DNA of 64,000 bases from Parcubacteria group bacterium (GTDB taxonomy: Bacteria > Patescibacteriota > Patescibacteriia > UBA1558 > GWA2-36-10): NCBI GenBank assembly GCA_003104935.1, contig PQAE01000002.1, positions 3,527 to 67,526 of the forward strand. The letters run 5' to 3'. A model generated the notes under the pieces. It ran no database searches, was not told where the DNA came from, and saw nothing but the letters and a program-made list of their open reading frames with translations. The position numbers and the translations under genes were made by a program. Below are positions 37,951 to 48,470 of this stretch, one piece after another; the stretch's first letter is position 1; each line of letters begins with the position of its first letter.

Positions 37951-38922
37951 TTATTTTTTTAATCTTTCCAAATCGGCGTCAACCATCATCTGCACTAGCT
38001 GAGTAAAGTTCACCTGGGGTTTCCAATTTAATTTCGCCTGGGCTTTATCGCTTTTGCCCTGCAGAGTAAACAGCTCGGCCGGGCGTTTAAAACGCGGGTC
38101 GATCTGTACATAGCTGGACCAATTATTGATGCCGACGCGCTCAAAAGCAATATCCAAAAAATCCCTAATGCTGTGAGTCTGGCCGGTAGAAATAATATAA
38201 TTGTCCGCTTCCGGCTCTTGCATCATCAACCACATGGCTTCCACATAATCTCCGGCAAAACCCCAATCCCTTTTACTGTCCAAGTTACCCAATTTAATTT
38301 CTTTGGCTAAACCCAATTTGATCCGGGCCACGCCGTCGCTAATCTTTCGTGAGACAAATTCCAGTCCTCTGATCGGAGATTCGTGGTTAAACAATATGCC
38401 GTTGACGCAAAACATGCTAAAACTCTCCTTAAAATTTACGGTCATCCAATAGGCAAAAAGTTTGGAAATAGCATAGGGACTGCGGGGATGAAAAGGTGTA
38501 TCTTCCGTCTGCAAGCCGTCAATATTACTATTACCAAACATTTCACTGGTAGCGGCGTGATAAAACTTGGCCGCAGGGCAATGATTTTTCACGGCGTTGA
38601 GCAATTTTAATGTGCCCATAGCATTGATCTCGGAGGTGACGATGGGCTGATCCCAGGAGGTGCCGACAAATGACTGGGCGGCCAGATGATAGACTTCATC
38701 CGGCTTAATAGTCCGGACAACGTGGGTGAGCGAAGCTTCATCGGTCAGGTCACCGTCCACATATTCAATATTTTTTTCCACTCCCAAATAGGTTAAATTG
38801 GAAAAAGACCGATTAACTATTCTTCTCACCAAGCCGTAAACTTCATAACCTTTGGACAGAAGCAATTTGGCCAGATAGGCTCCGTCTTGCCCGGTGATGC
38901 CCGTGATTAATGCTTTTTTCAT
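37951..38922 (-). CDS. gmd: GDP-mannose 4,6-dehydratase
   Basis: ITGITGQDG.YL, HLAAQSFV, PRSPYAISK, LFNHESP.RG, RDWG.A.DYV. Confidence 0.95.
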   Translation of the reverse strand: MKKALITGITGQDGAYLAKLLLSKGYEVYGLVRRIVNRSFSNLTYLGVEKNIEYVDGDLTDEASLTHVVRTIKPDEVYHLAAQSFVGTSWDQPIVTSEINAMGTLKLLNAVKNHCPAAKFYHAATSEMFGNSNIDGLQTEDTPFHPRSPYAISKLFAYWMTVNFKESFSMFCVNGILFNHESPIRGLEFVSRKISDGVARIKLGLAKEIKLGNLDSKRDWGFAGDYVEAMWLMMQEPEADNYIISTGQTHSIRDFLDIAFERVGINNWSSYVQIDPRFKRPAELFTLQGKSDKAQAKLNWKPQVNFTQLVQMMVDADLERLKK

Positions 38923-38931
38923 AAAATTATA

Positions 38932-39498
38932 TTATTTACTTTTTCTACCACAAAAATAAACTCCGTTGTGGATGGCACTGCCCGAGGGCGCAAAATATCC
39001 GGCTGATATTTCCTGAAAATCCTTGAGCCATAGTTTCAAGCCCGGCAAAGTCACGCGCCAATAATCGGTCGGCGAGGGATGGTAATGCTGATTAAACGGT
39101 ATTTCTACCCAGATCAGGCCGCCGCTTTTTAAGACCCGTGTTAGCTCGCTGATGGCTTTGAGGGGGTTTTCGACGTGCTCCAGGACGGCATTACAAACCG
39201 CCACGTCAAACTTATTATCCTCAAATTTTAAATCATGGATATCATAGTTATAATCGATATAAGGAGATTTATCAAATAGGTCCACGCTAACCCAGTGGGA
39301 CCCAAATTTTTTCTTACGCACTCCTATCTGCAGGCAACTCTTGTTTTCCCCGGCCGCCAGTAGCTCGTTAAAAGCCCTCTCTTTTTCCTTATTCTTGTAA
39401 GGCAATTTCCGGGCCGTGCGGCGGTATAACATCAGATACCATAAATCAGGAGAAAGCCTATAAAGACTAGAGGAAATAATTTTTTTTACAGCTGACAT
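38932..39498 (-). CDS. Class I SAM methyltransferase (type 11-like); start moved to ATG 39498
   Basis: DIHDL.F...FD, NAVLEHVENP, VLKSGG, H..P.DYWR.T. Confidence 0.8.
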   Translation of the reverse strand: MSAVKKIISSSLYRLSPDLWYLMLYRRTARKLPYKNKEKERAFNELLAAGENKSCLQIGVRKKKFGSHWVSVDLFDKSPYIDYNYDIHDLKFEDNKFDVAVCNAVLEHVENPLKAISELTRVLKSGGLIWVEIPFNQHYHPSPTDYWRVTLPGLKLWLKDFQEISAGYFAPSGSAIHNGVYFCGRKSK

Positions 39499-39511
39499 AA
39501 TAAAGATTATT

Positions 39512-41218
39512 CTATCTATTAACTTTATAAATAAAGAAGTCGTCAATATTAGCCACTAGTTGGGCAAAACCCATATCCTCCTGTTTCCATAGATCCGACC
39601 GACTGTCAAAGACAAGATAATCAACCCGGTACTTGGCCAAATTTTTTAAAAATGTTTGCGCTTTAATTTTGGTGGCTAAGGCCAAAAAATCTTCAATCTT
39701 ATTAGCCGGAATTGGTTCGTAGTCTTGGGTGGGTAAAAATAGCAACTTCCTTAATTTATTTTTGCTCTGATTATGGTTATACTCGTCCCGATAATGCGCT
39801 CCCCAGATAAACCGCTCGTTGGCTTTTACAAAATCCAAGGTAATATTGTTATAATAATTATTGATAATTAGTCTTTCCGCTACTTCTTGATCCGATAAAA
39901 AAAACAGATTGGCTTCCCGGGCATAAAAAACATTGTCCGCCGTATAGAGCGGCACCAATCCGCTCATAGCCTGATTGGCATAAATCACGCTGTCGGGGGA
40001 AGTATTTTTATTTAGCCAGTCAAAGACCGCCGCATATCGCTGCTGATCCAGCTCCCAATCATAAGCCCGAGCGGTCTTGCTGACTAGCTGACCGGCCTTA
40101 ATAACTGACCAGGCCGATACCAGAATAAATAATACTGTAAGGACAGACGCTCTATATCGGCTTAGTTTGGTATTAGCAAATATCTTGTGCAATAAATAGG
40201 CGGCGGTATAGACATACCAAACTATCGCCAGATAGAGATAGTGGCTGGAAAATTCCAGATTTTTCCCGGTAACAATATGCTGATTAACACAGATCACTAC
40301 GGCAATCAGTCCGCTGGCTAGTAGCAAAGAGGTTTTACTGCCGGTAATTATTTTTCGCCGAAGGCAAATAAACCATACCAGTAAAAATATCCCCGACAAT
40401 GCCACTAAGCTAACACCCGAGGGAAAGTGCGTATTGATCATGCCCAATCTGTAAAGAGACTCCTGATAAGCGGGATTCTGCATACTGTGGTACAACGATA
40501 CAAAATAAGGAATACCGATCACCGCCGCCCCTAGGATAATATACAGGAAGGGTTTAAAATTAAATTTTCTAGTCTGGATCAATCCCAATAAAATAAAAAC
40601 CGCTGTTAGTACCACATAAAAAGTCCAAAAATATGGATAAAAATGAAACAAAAGACCAAAGGTGAAAATGGTAGCGATTAGAAATTTTTTTTCTTTCAAC
40701 TTTATATATTTTATAAAAAATAAGAGCGTCAGTAACCAAAAAATAAAAATAAACTGCGGACTGGTCGGACGACTAAAAAAATATAAAAGATAGCCCAAGT
40801 GCAGAAATATCGCTCCGCCCAGAGACAAAATTTTGTCCCTGGTTAAGGCGTAAATTATAAAATAGCTCAGCCCGGTCAAAATTAAAGGAAATATAAAATC
40901 GTATATCGTAAAACCTCGTTCAATGCTGATATGAAAGAAACTCAGTGGCTTGGCTAAAAGATAATCCGGCAACCAGACTTGCATAGCATCGCCGTTTTTA
41001 TGTTCCCAGAGATACGGATTGGCTAAAAAAGTGTGCCCGTCACTAACATCTTTGGCTCGCGCCAAATAATAAACTTCGTCGTCGTTGCTGACGGGATAAA
41101 TACCCTGGAATTTAGTCCCCATTTTTTGGATGGCAATATATTGGGGAACACAAGTAAGCAGGCCTACCAATAAGGCCAAGGCCAACGCTAGATAGTGTTT
41201 TTTGATAAAATTAAACAT
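39512..41218 (-). CDS. Polytopic membrane protein, GT-C-like
   Basis: TM1 followed by an acidic DDEVYY loop, ~12 TMs, C-terminal soluble domain with WLNKNT and YRVDY. Confidence 0.6.
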   Translation of the reverse strand: MFNFIKKHYLALALALLVGLLTCVPQYIAIQKMGTKFQGIYPVSNDDEVYYLARAKDVSDGHTFLANPYLWEHKNGDAMQVWLPDYLLAKPLSFFHISIERGFTIYDFIFPLILTGLSYFIIYALTRDKILSLGGAIFLHLGYLLYFFSRPTSPQFIFIFWLLTLLFFIKYIKLKEKKFLIATIFTFGLLFHFYPYFWTFYVVLTAVFILLGLIQTRKFNFKPFLYIILGAAVIGIPYFVSLYHSMQNPAYQESLYRLGMINTHFPSGVSLVALSGIFLLVWFICLRRKIITGSKTSLLLASGLIAVVICVNQHIVTGKNLEFSSHYLYLAIVWYVYTAAYLLHKIFANTKLSRYRASVLTVLFILVSAWSVIKAGQLVSKTARAYDWELDQQRYAAVFDWLNKNTSPDSVIYANQAMSGLVPLYTADNVFYAREANLFFLSDQEVAERLIINNYYNNITLDFVKANERFIWGAHYRDEYNHNQSKNKLRKLLFLPTQDYEPIPANKIEDFLALATKIKAQTFLKNLAKYRVDYLVFDSRSDLWKQEDMGFAQLVANIDDFFIYKVNR

Positions 41219-42086
41219 TTTTTACCTTCTTTGCCATAATAAAAATATTATCCCGCAGATTAATATATAATGATAATTTTCTAAAAAATCCCCGGTTGAA
41301 ATGAATCGCCAGTTTTTCGAAAAAACCAAATTTTAGCCAGTGGTGTAAAATATTAAAGACATAGGCCAGGGAAAACTTCTTGCCGATAACCTTTATTTCC
41401 AGAACCTCAAAGCCGGTGCGGCTGAATAATTTATTTAAACTTTGGGACGAATAAAAAAATAAGTGTTCGGGCGGTATGATAGCGTGCCAGCGGCGGCCCA
41501 GCAGTTTGGCCCACCAGCTGCTCTTATTGATAGTATTAGCGGCCAACACCGCTCCAGTTTCCATAATGCGGTTCAGCTGGCTTAAATAAGCTACAGGATT
41601 TGGCAGATGCTCCATAACATCCCACATAGTCACGGCCGAAAATTTATCTCCTAGTCCAAGATTACTGATATCCGCCGCCGCTACGACCTGATGACCCCGC
41701 TGGGAAGCTTCTTGGGCGGCATAATCGGAAATATCCACTCCAAAAGTCTGCCAGCCGCGGGCTTTGGCCAGGTCCAAAAAGTAACCGGTGGCCGCGCCGA
41801 CATCGAAAATATTTCGCCCGGAGACCGACCGCTCTATTTTATCCAGATACTTTTCAAAAGTTTCGGCCATAGCCAGCTTATCCTGGTCATAGCTGACGTA
41901 ACCAAAATTATGTTTGACTCCTTGATTATTAAAATACTCACTACTATAAATATTTTTCAAATCCCGCGGCGTGGGCCAAACAAACAGCAATTGACAGTGG
42001 ACACAACTATACAAATCATAACTGCCTTTTTTAAAAGCCAACTTTATCTCAATGGACTTACAGATGGGACAAATTATTTTTTCCAT
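41211..42086 (-). CDS. Class I SAM methyltransferase with N-terminal Zn ribbon
   Basis: CPIC..CVHC, FDVGAATGYF, WDVMEH, PPEHLF. Confidence 0.88.
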   Translation of the reverse strand: MEKIICPICKSIEIKLAFKKGSYDLYSCVHCQLLFVWPTPRDLKNIYSSEYFNNQGVKHNFGYVSYDQDKLAMAETFEKYLDKIERSVSGRNIFDVGAATGYFLDLAKARGWQTFGVDISDYAAQEASQRGHQVVAAADISNLGLGDKFSAVTMWDVMEHLPNPVAYLSQLNRIMETGAVLAANTINKSSWWAKLLGRRWHAIIPPEHLFFYSSQSLNKLFSRTGFEVLEIKVIGKKFSLAYVFNILHHWLKFGFFEKLAIHFNRGFFRKLSLYINLRDNIFIMAKKVKNV

Positions 42087-42790
42087 ATTCTCCGCAAAAA
42101 TAAACGCAATGGAGCCTTGATGCCCTCCCGGATTATCTGATGGGAAATCTTGGACTCCCCTTCCCGACGACTCTTAAAAATAATCGGCACTTCCTTGACG
42201 CGAGCTTTAAAATCATGAATCAAATAAAACTTTAATTCAATCAAAAAAGAATAGCCGGATGAGCCGATTTTTTCAAAAGCCAGGCGCTCCAGAAATTCCC
42301 GCCGGATGCACATAAAGCCGGCCGTAAAGTCATTGATCTTCAAGCCGGTAAAAAATTTGCTGTACATGTTGCCGAAACGGCTGAGAAACTTCCGCCAAGG
42401 CTCCCAGTCCTCGACGCCGCCGCCGGCCACATAACGCGAACCGATTACTAAATCATAATCAGAAATGTCAGTCAAAAGTTCTTTTAAATACTCGGGAGAA
42501 TGTGAGCCGTCGGCGTCCATGGTCAGTAAAGAACGGATATCCTGATCATGTATTAACTGCCGCATAGTATCTTTATAAGCGTTACCCAAGCCGGTTTTCT
42601 TCTCCCGGACGATAAGGGATAAATTTGGATAGCGGCTTGCAAGACCCCGGACTACCTCCGCGGTCTGATCAGGTGAATTGTCGTCAATCACTAAAACATG
42701 GATGTCCGGCACTAAGGAAAATATCTCCGGTATTATCCAAGCTACATTTTCTCTTTCATTATAAGTAGGTAAAAGAATAATGTCTTTCAT
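42074..42790 (-). CDS. Polyprenol-monophosphomannose synthase (Ppm1/DPM1-like GT2); start moved to ATG 42790
   Basis: PTYNERENV, IDDNSPDQT, GLGNAY, MDADGSH.P, GSRYV.GG, R..GESK. Confidence 0.9.
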   Translation of the reverse strand: MKDIILLPTYNERENVAWIIPEIFSLVPDIHVLVIDDNSPDQTAEVVRGLASRYPNLSLIVREKKTGLGNAYKDTMRQLIHDQDIRSLLTMDADGSHSPEYLKELLTDISDYDLVIGSRYVAGGGVEDWEPWRKFLSRFGNMYSKFFTGLKINDFTAGFMCIRREFLERLAFEKIGSSGYSFLIELKFYLIHDFKARVKEVPIIFKSRREGESKISHQIIREGIKAPLRLFLRRIWKK

Positions 42791-42791
42791 T

Positions 42792-43955
42792 TTACATTTC
42801 ATTAGCGACTCTTTCTTTAATAAAACCAATAATCGCTTTGGCCCGCTGATCCCAAGTATATTTTTCCACATCCTGTCTGGCTTGCCGGGCTAGGTCCTGT
42901 CCCAGTTTTGGATTGTTAATTAATGATTCCAGACCTTGACTAAGACTGGCCAAATTATCCGGAGCCACTAAGACCGCGCTACGCTCGTTTAAAATATCGC
43001 GGATAGATGGTAAATCAGTAGTAACTATAGGATTAGCCGTGGCCATATACTCAAACATTTTTAAGGGTGACATATAATAGCGGTAATGGAAATCATCAGG
43101 ATAATTCATCACCAAAATATCCGCCGCCAATTCATATTTGGCCAGCTGAGCTAGTGGCACATACTCCACCAACTGATAGCCGCTGGTCTCGCCCAAGAGC
43201 TTTTTCATGCCGGGCACTTGCCCTGGCTCTAAGCCGACTAAGAGTAAATAAATATCCGGATATTTTTGTCGTAGATTTTTAAAGCTGATGAGAATATTTT
43301 CAATTCCTTTGCTCTGGCTCATCGTAGTAAATTTTCCGGCGTAAGCAATAATCTTTTTATCCAAAGGCAGACCCAACTCCCGGCGCAATTGTTCTTTAGT
43401 TAAATTAACATTTTTAAATAAAGATAAATCCACGGCATCGGGGAAATACAGTATTTTTTCGCGCGGCACAGCAAACTTATCGGCTAATTCTGTCTGATAA
43501 TATTTTGTGATTACCACCAGACCGCGGCTACGAGTAAACACTTTTTTATAAGAACCAATCTTAGCCGGCTTGATATGGGTTTCCCAAAAAAAACTAAAGC
43601 GGTTAGGCAGTAGTTTTAAAAATAAAGCCATCTCTCCCCGACAATAAATAATCACCTGACCTGGCTGTGATAATAAATAAATAAGCAAAAACAAACCAAA
43701 ACTCAGAGCCGCTAAAGCAAAACGAAAGGGAAATCCATAGGGCAAAAAAGCCAGAGCAGGTAATCTCTTTACCGTAAAATTTCTCTCTATATCATAATAA
43801 GAAAAAATATCCTCGTTGGCTTTGCCTGGCTTAGGCGGCAACACTAAGGTCACCTCGGCTCCGCTTTTTGCCAAAGCTCCGCACATCTGGACCACATGAC
43901 TCCCGTGCGCCATCCGGTTCGGCAACGGAGAGTTAATGACGTATATTAATTTCAT
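42792..43955 (-). CDS. GT4 glycosyltransferase; start moved to ATG 43955
   Basis: SKGIE, SPLKMFEYMA. Confidence 0.88.
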   Translation of the reverse strand: MKLIYVINSPLPNRMAHGSHVVQMCGALAKSGAEVTLVLPPKPGKANEDIFSYYDIERNFTVKRLPALAFLPYGFPFRFALAALSFGLFLLIYLLSQPGQVIIYCRGEMALFLKLLPNRFSFFWETHIKPAKIGSYKKVFTRSRGLVVITKYYQTELADKFAVPREKILYFPDAVDLSLFKNVNLTKEQLRRELGLPLDKKIIAYAGKFTTMSQSKGIENILISFKNLRQKYPDIYLLLVGLEPGQVPGMKKLLGETSGYQLVEYVPLAQLAKYELAADILVMNYPDDFHYRYYMSPLKMFEYMATANPIVTTDLPSIRDILNERSAVLVAPDNLASLSQGLESLINNPKLGQDLARQARQDVEKYTWDQRAKAIIGFIKERVANEM

Positions 43956-43959
43956 GTCA

Positions 43960-45021
43960 CTATAGTAATTTTCTAAACACAATGTTCAGGTTTTCCGCCA
44001 TTTTTTTGCTAGTAAAATGGCTGACGACTCTGCTCCGCGCCGCCCAGGCCAAAGTTTGAGCAAAACTGACCTTGTTTAAAATTTTAATTTTCGCGGTGAT
44101 ATCAGCGGCATCGTAAAAATTTACGGTTAATAATTCCTCGTTATCACCGGCATAGTCCGCCAAATATTTCTTACGGCTGGCGATAATGGGCAAGCCCGAG
44201 GACATAGCATCCAACAAAACGGTCTGGCCGGAGCAATCCGAGCCGTCCTGATACTGATCGTCATGGGTGATAAGTAGAAGCATTTTAGCAGATTTATACA
44301 GTATTTTCAACTCTTTTATGGGCAGACCGTAGGTCACCCGGACATTATCCGGTACGTCCAAACCGGCGATATTCCAGCGGCCGCAGACTACTGCAAAACG
44401 CTCCTGGGGCATTTTTCTGGCCACTTGGAATAAAGTCTGATAATCCCGGCCGTTATCCTTGCCCACCGCTAAAATATCTTTATTATTCATAAAGTCCAGA
44501 GGCGACCAAAACTGTTCATCCGCTCCTAGAGGAACGAAATGTAGTTTATTTCGGTCCAGCTGATGATTATTAACTAAATCGTCGATCTGAAAATGAGACA
44601 GACAGACGATGGCGTCAAATTGTCCGGCCCAGTATCGGATAAATTTGTATTTTAAAAAGCTGGGCCTATTTTTGTGCAGGGTGCGGTTGAGACTGATATT
44701 TAATAAAACAAACTTGGTTTTTAACCTAAATATTTTTTTAAAAATAATGTTATAAAGCAGAGAAGATCCAAAAACCAAGTCGTAATCTTTAATAAACTTA
44801 GTCAGTAAAATGTGTTTCCAGATAAAAGGCAGTTTGGAAATAATTTTATTTGACCGAAAAACATCATGGATGTCTTTATATTCGGCGTCCAGACCAAACT
44901 CTTTCAGGTAATTCAAACCATAAAAAGGAGTATCCGGAAAATCTCGGTGAATTTCCCCGGAATAAACCTGACTCCTCCGGCCGGAAAATAAATATAAAAT
45001 TTTTGGATTGTTTTTAGTCAT
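43960..45021 (-). CDS. GT4-like glycosyltransferase; start moved to ATG 45021
   Basis: VG...RDY.TL, SGQTVLLDAMSSG. Confidence 0.82.
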   Translation of the reverse strand: MTKNNPKILYLFSGRRSQVYSGEIHRDFPDTPFYGLNYLKEFGLDAEYKDIHDVFRSNKIISKLPFIWKHILLTKFIKDYDLVFGSSLLYNIIFKKIFRLKTKFVLLNISLNRTLHKNRPSFLKYKFIRYWAGQFDAIVCLSHFQIDDLVNNHQLDRNKLHFVPLGADEQFWSPLDFMNNKDILAVGKDNGRDYQTLFQVARKMPQERFAVVCGRWNIAGLDVPDNVRVTYGLPIKELKILYKSAKMLLLITHDDQYQDGSDCSGQTVLLDAMSSGLPIIASRKKYLADYAGDNEELLTVNFYDAADITAKIKILNKVSFAQTLAWAARSRVVSHFTSKKMAENLNIVFRKLL

Positions 45022-45739
45022 TTTTAAAATAAGCAATCAAGATAGCGTTGCCGGCCCGATAAGGAAAATCATAGCGACAAACCCAGGCCTCGGCGGCTGT
45101 TATTTCCGACCACTGATTGTCCTTAGTTTTACGTTGCATAAAATATTGCTCGTCCGGACTTATTTTGCCCCGACGAATATAATCGTCTAAGCTATGGTTA
45201 TAGCCGATGGGTATGGTAAAGATCAGTTGGCCTCCGACCGCCAGACAACTCCGCAAATTTTCGAGCACAGCTATGATCTTATCGGGATCACGACTGCCGT
45301 CGTCCCGCCCGATATGTTCCAGGGTAGAGACGCTTACTATCAAATCATATTTTTCAACCGCCTTAAAATCGGCTGCATCCTGATTGATCACTCCGGGATA
45401 TTTTTCATATTTATCTAAAATATCTCCAGGAAACTTAAAATAGTGCGACAAAACATTGCCCACTTCCAGGATGTGCCGGTCTTTATTTTTAGAAATAATA
45501 TCCTGCATGATTGCTATTTCAACCGAGCGCTCATTGAGATTAGTAAAATTATAGCGGTGATAAAAATATCTATACTGTTCGCCGCCGTATGTAAAATATC
45601 TCGGGCCGCGAAGATATTTATCATAAAAATAAGCCAAATATCGCCGAAAATAATTAGTATAAACCACCCGGAACGCCGAGCGCCAAGTTGTTGCCCTACG
45701 GCCCAAATCAGCCTGATTTTCTACATAACGCAAACCCAT
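45014..45739 (-). CDS. SAM methyltransferase-like protein
   Basis: NER.VEI, ILEVGNV, SVSTLEHIG, L..GG. Confidence 0.75.
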   Translation of the reverse strand: MGLRYVENQADLGRRATTWRSAFRVVYTNYFRRYLAYFYDKYLRGPRYFTYGGEQYRYFYHRYNFTNLNERSVEIAIMQDIISKNKDRHILEVGNVLSHYFKFPGDILDKYEKYPGVINQDAADFKAVEKYDLIVSVSTLEHIGRDDGSRDPDKIIAVLENLRSCLAVGGQLIFTIPIGYNHSLDDYIRRGKISPDEQYFMQRKTKDNQWSEITAAEAWVCRYDFPYRAGNAILIAYFKND

Positions 45740-45743
45740 GAAA

Positions 45744-46370
45744 CTATTTCTCCGCTTCCAAAATTAAGGTTAATCCTTGGATAAAAAATATTCTTTGCAC
45801 TTTAGATATAAAATCCGGCGATAGATTAAACATTCGGATTAATCTGCCCAGACCGGTGTGACAGCGAAAATCGGTAGAAATCTTAATTTTTTTAAAACCG
45901 GCATCCAAGGCCACTCTTTTTAAACTTTCCTTTGTAAAAGGTCGCAAATGGGTGTAATCATCCCAGAAAAACCTGTTTAAAGCATAAGGGCAATTTGGCG
46001 TCAGAATCACTGCTCGGCCGCCAGCTTTTAGTAAACGATGTATCTGCTTCATAAAAACCAAGGGATTACCGAGATGCTCAATGAGCTGTTTAGCATAAAT
46101 CCCCTGATAATAATCTCCCGGCAATTGATCCAATTCTGCCGGTATATCAATCTTCTTTACTTTCAGGCCGCGCTCCCAGCAAATTTTCAGAGAATCATTG
46201 TCTTTTTCTATGCCTTCGATAATATCGGGATGGGTGGCGATGAAATTTCCGGTGGCGCAACCCATATCCAAAATCGGACCGGGATTATTTTTAAACCAAC
46301 GGTCAAAATAAAAATTTTCAAACCAGAGGTTTTCCTTGGACTTATACTGGTGGTTAGAGTAGTAGCTCAT
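45744..46370 (-). CDS. Class I SAM methyltransferase
   Basis: LDMGCATG, IEHL, LKAGG, FWDDYTH. Confidence 0.85.
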   Translation of the reverse strand: MSYYSNHQYKSKENLWFENFYFDRWFKNNPGPILDMGCATGNFIATHPDIIEGIEKDNDSLKICWERGLKVKKIDIPAELDQLPGDYYQGIYAKQLIEHLGNPLVFMKQIHRLLKAGGRAVILTPNCPYALNRFFWDDYTHLRPFTKESLKRVALDAGFKKIKISTDFRCHTGLGRLIRMFNLSPDFISKVQRIFFIQGLTLILEAEK

Positions 46371-47436
46371 ACAAATTTATATATTTCTTGATTATTACAG
46401 ACCAATCAAATTTCTTGGCAAACTCTAAAGAATTTTGGCTAAATCTCTGCCGTAAGCCCTTGTCGCCCAGTATCTTGTCCAGAGCTTGCGCTGCCGAATC
46501 AAAGTTATTTGCCTTGGCTAAAAATCCGTTTTGTCCGTCCTGCACGGCGTCCTCGGCGCCGCTATCTTTAGTGCCGACGACCGGCAGGCCCAGTGCGGCC
46601 GCTTCCACAAATACCAGACCAAACCCTTCGATGTCAAAATCCACGTTTTGCGGTAGCAGACAAAATAACTCCGCGCTTTTATACAAAGATACTAATTCGG
46701 CGTCAGCGATGCCCTGTTTGATAATTATGCGACTAGCCAAATTTAAATCACTGATCAATTTATTTATTTTATGATAATATTCACCCTGACCAGAGCCGAC
46801 GATAATATACTTTAGGGCGGGATACTGGGCGGCGATCTTAGCAAAAGCCCGGATGCTAAACTCATAGCCCTTGCGCGGCTTCAGTCGCCCGACTGATAAG
46901 ATAAACGGCTCGTCAAGAACAATATATGAAGATTGTTGCTGGACAAAATAATGATAATTAATGCCCGGATTGATAATTTCTACGGATAAATCGGGAATTA
47001 TTTTTTTTATCTCTCCGGCCGAGTAGGAACTGATAGCCGTGACTTTTGAAACTCGTCGATAGATATAAGCGCACAGTGATCGCCAGAACCACCTATGAAG
47101 AGGCTGGATGGATCCGCTACCGATGACGGTAATAATAATCTTCTTCTTCAAACCCCGGCTAAACAGATAGGCTATAATCCCCAAGGGCATAATGTCCATG
47201 GCCTGGACAATATCCGCCTCTCTCAACATTTTTCTGATTTTAAAAAAAGAAAATAATAATTTTATTTTATTTGTACAAAGAATGGCCTGCTCGCGTGGGT
47301 CACCACTTTTGGCCATAGTCAAAACATCGATAGTTATGTCCGGCCGGGCAATATGCAACTGGGTCAATAAATCGTTGCTCAGGCGGCCACCGCCGTTTTT
47401 AAAATCTAAATTGTGAGTTAAAAAACACAACCGCAT
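46354..47436 (-). CDS. GT4 glycosyltransferase
   Basis: VGRLKPRKG, EGFGLVFVEA. Confidence 0.92.
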   Translation of the reverse strand: MRLCFLTHNLDFKNGGGRLSNDLLTQLHIARPDITIDVLTMAKSGDPREQAILCTNKIKLLFSFFKIRKMLREADIVQAMDIMPLGIIAYLFSRGLKKKIIITVIGSGSIQPLHRWFWRSLCAYIYRRVSKVTAISSYSAGEIKKIIPDLSVEIINPGINYHYFVQQQSSYIVLDEPFILSVGRLKPRKGYEFSIRAFAKIAAQYPALKYIIVGSGQGEYYHKINKLISDLNLASRIIIKQGIADAELVSLYKSAELFCLLPQNVDFDIEGFGLVFVEAAALGLPVVGTKDSGAEDAVQDGQNGFLAKANNFDSAAQALDKILGDKGLRQRFSQNSLEFAKKFDWSVIIKKYINLYELLL

Positions 47437-47437
47437 A

Positions 47438-48469
47438 CTAAAATAATTTTAGCACCTCTTTAAACAAATCACCCAGCTCGTGATTATCGACGACATATTG
47501 ATGAATCCTCTGCCGCAAAGCTTCGTTATCTTTTTGCACTAAAGACAAAATATCTGCGCTTAGATGATCAAAATTATTAACCGCCATCTGCGGCTCTAAG
47601 GTGTTTAATATTTTTATGGCTGATTCATTGGATGAAAAAACCAGTGAGCCGCAACTCATAGCTTCCAAAATAGTCTTGTCCAGACTGGCCGTCTGACTAA
47701 AATTTAAAAAAACATCGGCCCATTCGTAAAGAAAAGGCGTTTGATAATTTGGCACACTGCCTAAAAACTCCACCTGACTGGACAGATTTCTTTCTCGCAC
47801 CAGTTGTTTTAAACTATCCAGACATTGATGGTCTTGGGGCAAGCTGGCCTGGCCTGCGATCTTTAAAACCACTTCTTGGCCTCTAGATTTGAGCTCGGCC
47901 GCCAGGACTATCATCTTATCTATATTTTTCACCGGCGAAATACGGCTGACGCTGAGTAATCTTAATTCCCGATGAGCCGGCCGTTTTTTACAAACAAAAA
48001 TATCCCCGTCTATGCCCTGATGTAAAACTATTTTTTTCTTGCTGTTTAGTTTAAATCCCGCTTCGGTGGAGGTCACTATCTTGTCAACCAACATATTTAA
48101 CAGGCGCACTTTGAAGGAAACGGCTCCGTGGGCATACCAGGCGATTAGTTTTTTATGAAATATTTTGGCGTAGGGGCTGATCAAAATGCCGTATTCAGGA
48201 TTTTGATGGCTGAAGATGCCATCCACTTTCGGCACCAGCTGCCAGGCCAGCTTTTGAAAGACAAAAAACTCCCGCAGACGATTTTTGCCTTTTTCCTTGC
48301 CCAGGGAATGAATATTTACATTTTCAGGCAAACCAAAGGTATTTCCTTTTTCCAGACAAATTACCGCCAGTTGGCTGACCTGACCGGCCATTTTTTTTAT
48401 CCAATAATAAGTAAAGCCGGCTAAGCCGTCGTCTTTATCTACTTTGCGTGTGATAAATAATATTTTCAT
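47438..48469 (-). CDS. GT4 glycosyltransferase
   Basis: VSRISPVK, SLDKTILEAMSCG. Confidence 0.88.
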   Translation of the reverse strand: MKILFITRKVDKDDGLAGFTYYWIKKMAGQVSQLAVICLEKGNTFGLPENVNIHSLGKEKGKNRLREFFVFQKLAWQLVPKVDGIFSHQNPEYGILISPYAKIFHKKLIAWYAHGAVSFKVRLLNMLVDKIVTSTEAGFKLNSKKKIVLHQGIDGDIFVCKKRPAHRELRLLSVSRISPVKNIDKMIVLAAELKSRGQEVVLKIAGQASLPQDHQCLDSLKQLVRERNLSSQVEFLGSVPNYQTPFLYEWADVFLNFSQTASLDKTILEAMSCGSLVFSSNESAIKILNTLEPQMAVNNFDHLSADILSLVQKDNEALRQRIHQYVVDNHELGDLFKEVLKLF

Positions 48470-48470
48470 A

